In this document: piece after piece, positions 17,197-20,000 of the stretch
Position numbering within the stretch: position 1 is the stretch's first letter
Layout of the letters: each line of letters begins with the position of its first letter
DNA from: an uncultured virus (IMG/VR IMGVR_UViG_3300007512_002491)
Lineage: Duplodnaviria > Heunggongvirae > Uroviricota > Caudoviricetes
DNA: 20,000 bases
Reading direction: 5' to 3' (one strand)
Virus record (IMG/VR): IMGVR_UViG_3300007512_002491
Notes under the pieces: generated by a model
What the model was told of the DNA's origin: nothing
The model's input: the letters and a program-made list of their open reading frames with translations, nothing else
The model's database searches: none
Position numbers and translations under genes: made by a program

Positions 17197-17225
17197 ATTT
17201 TATTAAAAAACATATTCATGAACAA
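17197..17225 (-). promoter_or_regulatory. Sigma70-like promoter TTGTTC-N17-TAAAAT upstream of GT2
   Basis: Exact 17-nt spacer in the 64-bp gap, followed by a GAGAG Shine-Dalgarno-like site and ATG. Same -10 hexamer as the 11862-11890 promoter. Confidence 0.5.
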
Positions 17226-17242
17226 GCTCGAGTTAAAACTTT

Positions 17243-18001
17243 TTATCTTCTTGTTCGAAGAGTGGCTAAACTTTCTATTGCGGGATTATCAAACCTTAAA
17301 ACTGTTATGCATAGATTTTGCCAGTCTTCTCCAAACAGTCTGATTTTCTTTATCGGACGTTCGCGTGTTTTAAAAGGTATTATTTGATCGAATGGCCAGG
17401 TAGAAACATCTGACATATTTGCAAAACTTAAAATTATTCTATTTTCATTATCTACAACTTTGGGAAAATTTTCTTTAATATGCTTAGCTGTCAGGAATTT
17501 TTTTTCTTGAAAGTTTATTTTACGGCCCCCAAGAGGACAGTGCGCGAAACCCCAAACATAATATACGTCGCCGTCTGCATAAAGCTCCTTTTCTTCTATC
17601 GCTTCCCAAAAATTTTGTTTTTTATACAATTTTATGTTTTTTATTTTATCGCATCTTGGATTACTCCTGACTTTCGACGATATTTCAATACCATACACCA
17701 TTTTTGCATATTTCGAAAATCCAAAAGATAGATCTCCTGATCCGCATCCGAGATCTACCACCACTTTATCTTTGATTAAATTTTTTACCACATGTGGAAC
17801 TTCATATGGAGAGCGAACCCCTGCTGGAGACACTAGATTTTTTGTAAGATACTCTAGATAGTCTGGACCGCATACTAATGGCTTGGTAGTTTTTCTTTTA
17901 ATCGGCTTTTTCTTCTTATCGTGGTCTCGAAAAGATTCATCCACACCTAACATTCTCTTGATAGAAGAAATATGCGCAGGAGATAGAACGTTTTTATCCA
18001 T
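17243..18001 (-). CDS. Class I SAM-dependent methyltransferase, 252 aa
   Basis: Motif I VVVDLGCGSGDL and motif II VYGIEIS; basic N-terminal extension; substrate unknown. Confidence 0.78.
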   Translation of the reverse strand: MDKNVLSPAHISSIKRMLGVDESFRDHDKKKKPIKRKTTKPLVCGPDYLEYLTKNLVSPAGVRSPYEVPHVVKNLIKDKVVVDLGCGSGDLSFGFSKYAKMVYGIEISSKVRSNPRCDKIKNIKLYKKQNFWEAIEEKELYADGDVYYVWGFAHCPLGGRKINFQEKKFLTAKHIKENFPKVVDNENRIILSFANMSDVSTWPFDQIIPFKTRERPIKKIRLFGEDWQNLCITVLRFDNPAIESLATLRTRR

Positions 18002-19028
18002 TTATCATTTCCTCTATTATCGCATTCAAGCTATATTTCATGCTCCAAGAAGGATAGTGAGATTTAAATTTAGACATATCGGTGTAGTAACATATGTGAT
18101 CACCAATTCTTGCTTCACTAGAGTGCGAATAATTCAATTCGTATCCAGAAATTTCTTGTATTAAACTTATCACTTCTAATACAGACGCGCTATTGTGCAC
18201 GCCTCCACCGAGATTGTATACTTCTCCCTTTTTAGGATCTGCGGCAAACTCTTCAAAAACTCTTACCACATCGTAACAGTGAATTTGGTCTCTAACCTGT
18301 TTTCCTTTATAGCCAAAAATAGTATATGGATTACCAGATTTTGCGCACTTTATGATGTAAGAAAGAAAACCATGCAGCTCTACCCCAGCATGTTGCGGTC
18401 CGGTTAGACAGCCGCCTCTGAAGACTCCAACGTTCAAGCCAAAGTATCTACCATACTCTTGCGCCAAGATATCTCCAGCGACCTTAGAGGCCCCGAAAAG
18501 AGAATGCAGACAACTATCTATAGAAAAATCTTCAGCGATGCCGTTTTTATATTTTTCATCAGCAAAATCATATCGAGTTTGCCCCTCTGTTAAATCAAGA
18601 TAGTTAGGCCCGTCTCCATACACTTTATTAGTGCTCACGTGTATAAAAACTGAAGATTCGCTACAGTGGTTTCGAAAAGATTCTAAAAGATTTAATGTTC
18701 CATTTGCGTTAACTTCAAAATCTAAATGCGGAATATCTGCAGCCTTGTCATGGCTGGGTTGTGCTGCACAATGAATCAAAAGATCGGGCTGAAATGATGA
18801 AATAGCTTCATCGACAGCCAGCTTATTTGTTATGTCAATATTTGTGTGGCTATAATTTTTATAAGCTGAAAGTCTTAAAATTGTAGAGCTTACATCTCCG
18901 CCCGGACCAAAGAAAACCATCCGCATATTGTTGTCAACGCCCTTCACTGTAACATTCTGCTTTTTTAAAAAATATTCAGCAGCTTCGCTACCTATTAAGC
19001 CCCCAGAACCTGTAACTAGTACTCTCAT
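17994..19028 (-). CDS. NAD-dependent epimerase, CDP-paratose/tyvelose 2-epimerase-like SDR, 344 aa
   Basis: VLVTGSGGLIG, HCAAQPSHD, STNKVYGD, HSLFGASK, RGGCLTGP, GYKGKQVRDQIH, GEVYNLGGG, RIGDHICY. Confidence 0.88.
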   Translation of the reverse strand: MRVLVTGSGGLIGSEAAEYFLKKQNVTVKGVDNNMRMVFFGPGGDVSSTILRLSAYKNYSHTNIDITNKLAVDEAISSFQPDLLIHCAAQPSHDKAADIPHLDFEVNANGTLNLLESFRNHCSESSVFIHVSTNKVYGDGPNYLDLTEGQTRYDFADEKYKNGIAEDFSIDSCLHSLFGASKVAGDILAQEYGRYFGLNVGVFRGGCLTGPQHAGVELHGFLSYIIKCAKSGNPYTIFGYKGKQVRDQIHCYDVVRVFEEFAADPKKGEVYNLGGGVHNSASVLEVISLIQEISGYELNYSHSSEARIGDHICYYTDMSKFKSHYPSWSMKYSLNAIIEEMING

Positions 19029-19742
19029 TTAATCGCCCTTTATAATTCTATAGCTGTCTGTGTCAAAGTGCTGAGTTGAAAATTCGAACAACTCTGAATC
19101 TTCTAGGGCTATCATCCTATGCCGAAGACCTCTATAAACGTGAAAATTGTCACCTGGGTTTAGTATAAGCTCTTCGGCTTTAGAAATATCATCTTGCTCT
19201 GAATATTTTACTAGCATCTTTCCAGACTGTAGATAAAACACTTCGTCTTTGAGAGCATGACGATGCCAAGAACACATTTTTCCCTTATTAAAAAAAAGAA
19301 GTTTGCCGCAATATTCTGGGCCATTACATATCCAGCGTTCCCAGCCCCATCCTTTTTCTACATGGTTCATCTCTAAGTTAGTTTTTCTTGGCAAAAATCT
19401 AGCAGAATTTTTATTTTTCTTTATTCCGCTAAAAAAATCTTTATCTAACATTCCTTTGTCATCAACGTAAATATCGGCCGCTGGTTTTCCCAACAAAAGT
19501 CGGTGGTGTTTTGCTCCCCAAGACGCTAATTGATTTTTAGTAAATTCGTAAAATTGACTGCATGCTTTTTCTCTATTTCCATTATGCCTACCCATTCCTC
19601 TTGCGGTCATATATGTTATATTGTTTCCAGAATCATACAAATCATTTATGTATTCTATTCTTTCTTCTAAAGGAGAAGCAGTACTATAATCGGTTCCAGA
19701 GACTCTGCATATAGTGCCGTCTATATCGAAAACATAATTCAT
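19029..19742 (-). CDS. Fusion of a capless HAD phosphatase (aa 1-105) and a cupin sugar-isomerase-like domain (aa 125-237)
   Basis: HAD motifs FDIDGT, MTAR, GKP..D.YVDDK; cupin motifs KGWGWERW, CSWHRH..KDEVFY, HRMIA, EFST.H. Confidence 0.85.
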   Translation of the reverse strand: MNYVFDIDGTICRVSGTDYSTASPLEERIEYINDLYDSGNNITYMTARGMGRHNGNREKACSQFYEFTKNQLASWGAKHHRLLLGKPAADIYVDDKGMLDKDFFSGIKKNKNSARFLPRKTNLEMNHVEKGWGWERWICNGPEYCGKLLFFNKGKMCSWHRHALKDEVFYLQSGKMLVKYSEQDDISKAEELILNPGDNFHVYRGLRHRMIALEDSELFEFSTQHFDTDSYRIIKGD

Positions 19743-20000
19743 CTATATACCCCTCAAGCTTTTTCTCTTTTCTAGCTCGGAACCGAGAGGTTTTCTTGGA
19801 CCACTCTTGCCAAAAGATTTTTCAATATCTCTAATTCCTTTTACAAGCTTAATTAATCCTCCTGGTTCTACAGAAGAAAGTTGGTCGCTTCCCCACATAA
19901 CTCGGTCGAGTGTTATGTGGCGCTCTATCCAAGTAGCTCCCATTGCGACTGCGGCAAAGGTGGTAACCAAACCAAATTCATGACCGCTATAACCGATATC
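19743..20000 (-). CDS. neuB: N-acetylneuraminate/nonulosonic acid (9-phosphate) synthase, NeuB/SpsE family, C-terminal part (partial)
   Basis: The frame is open to the window edge, longer than the track's 75 aa: DIGYSGHEFGLVTTFAAVAMGATWIERHITLDRVMWGSDQLSSVEPGG. It ends without a C-terminal SAF/antifreeze domain. Confidence 0.92.
   Translation of the reverse strand, partial: DIGYSGHEFGLVTTFAAVAMGATWIERHITLDRVMWGSDQLSSVEPGGLIKLVKGIRDIEKSFGKSGPRKPLGSELEKRKSLRGI

Noticed and set aside
32..18407. Short plus-strand ORFs in the track (60-100 aa) and the nested minus-strand ORFs 5962-6147 and 6492-6683
   Set aside because: They all lie antisense to, or out of frame within, long genes, most with clear family motifs; they are shadow ORFs with no recognisable features.
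1..20000. Alternative genetic code (stop-codon reassignment, seen in some jumbo phages)
   Set aside because: Genes are full-length in the standard code, and TAA, TAG (gp6, nuclease, neuB) and TGA (GT4s, SDR) all act as stops at tight gene junctions.
12781..20000. Ordinary bacterial O-antigen or capsule locus next to a prophage
   Set aside because: No wzx/wzy/ABC export genes, integrase or att-like boundary; strand, gene packing and apparent composition continue into the phage genes, and the enzymes are compact forms.
1..20000. tRNA, rRNA, introns or inteins
   Set aside because: Intergenic gaps are under 100 bp with no cloverleaf seen, and no protein shows an intein or homing-endonuclease insertion.

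Overview
This window looks like part of a large myovirus/jumbo-phage genome. All real genes are on the minus strand, tightly packed, in the standard genetic code, with Shine-Dalgarno sites. In transcription order (right to left) there are three blocks. (1) A sugar and glycan biosynthesis cluster: a NeuB/NANS-type nonulosonic acid synthase (partial), a HAD-phosphatase+cupin fusion, a CDP-tyvelose-epimerase-like SDR, a SAM methyltransferase, a GT2, a NodU/CmcH carbamoyltransferase, a short UDP-glucose dehydrogenase and a second SDR. (2) A Cas4-like PD-(D/E)XK nuclease, two GT4 glycosyltransferases, a small membrane protein and a gp55-like sigma factor. (3) A contractile-tail baseplate module: gp5/VgrG-like hub, gp25, gp6, a DNRLRE-like structural protein, and a LamG-containing gp7/gpI-like wedge protein that the ORF track missed because it runs off the left edge. 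The most notable signal is that the two probably surface-exposed baseplate proteins carry many [S/T]-[G/A]-S tripeptides (19 by hand count in about 1100 aa), while gp6 and gp25 carry none. Together with the co-oriented glycan pathway, this suggests a phage-encoded virion O-glycosylation system with its own sequon and possibly a nonulosonic-acid, carbamoylated or methylated glycan. That interpretation is a hypothesis. All family calls come from motif recognition; no database searches were run.
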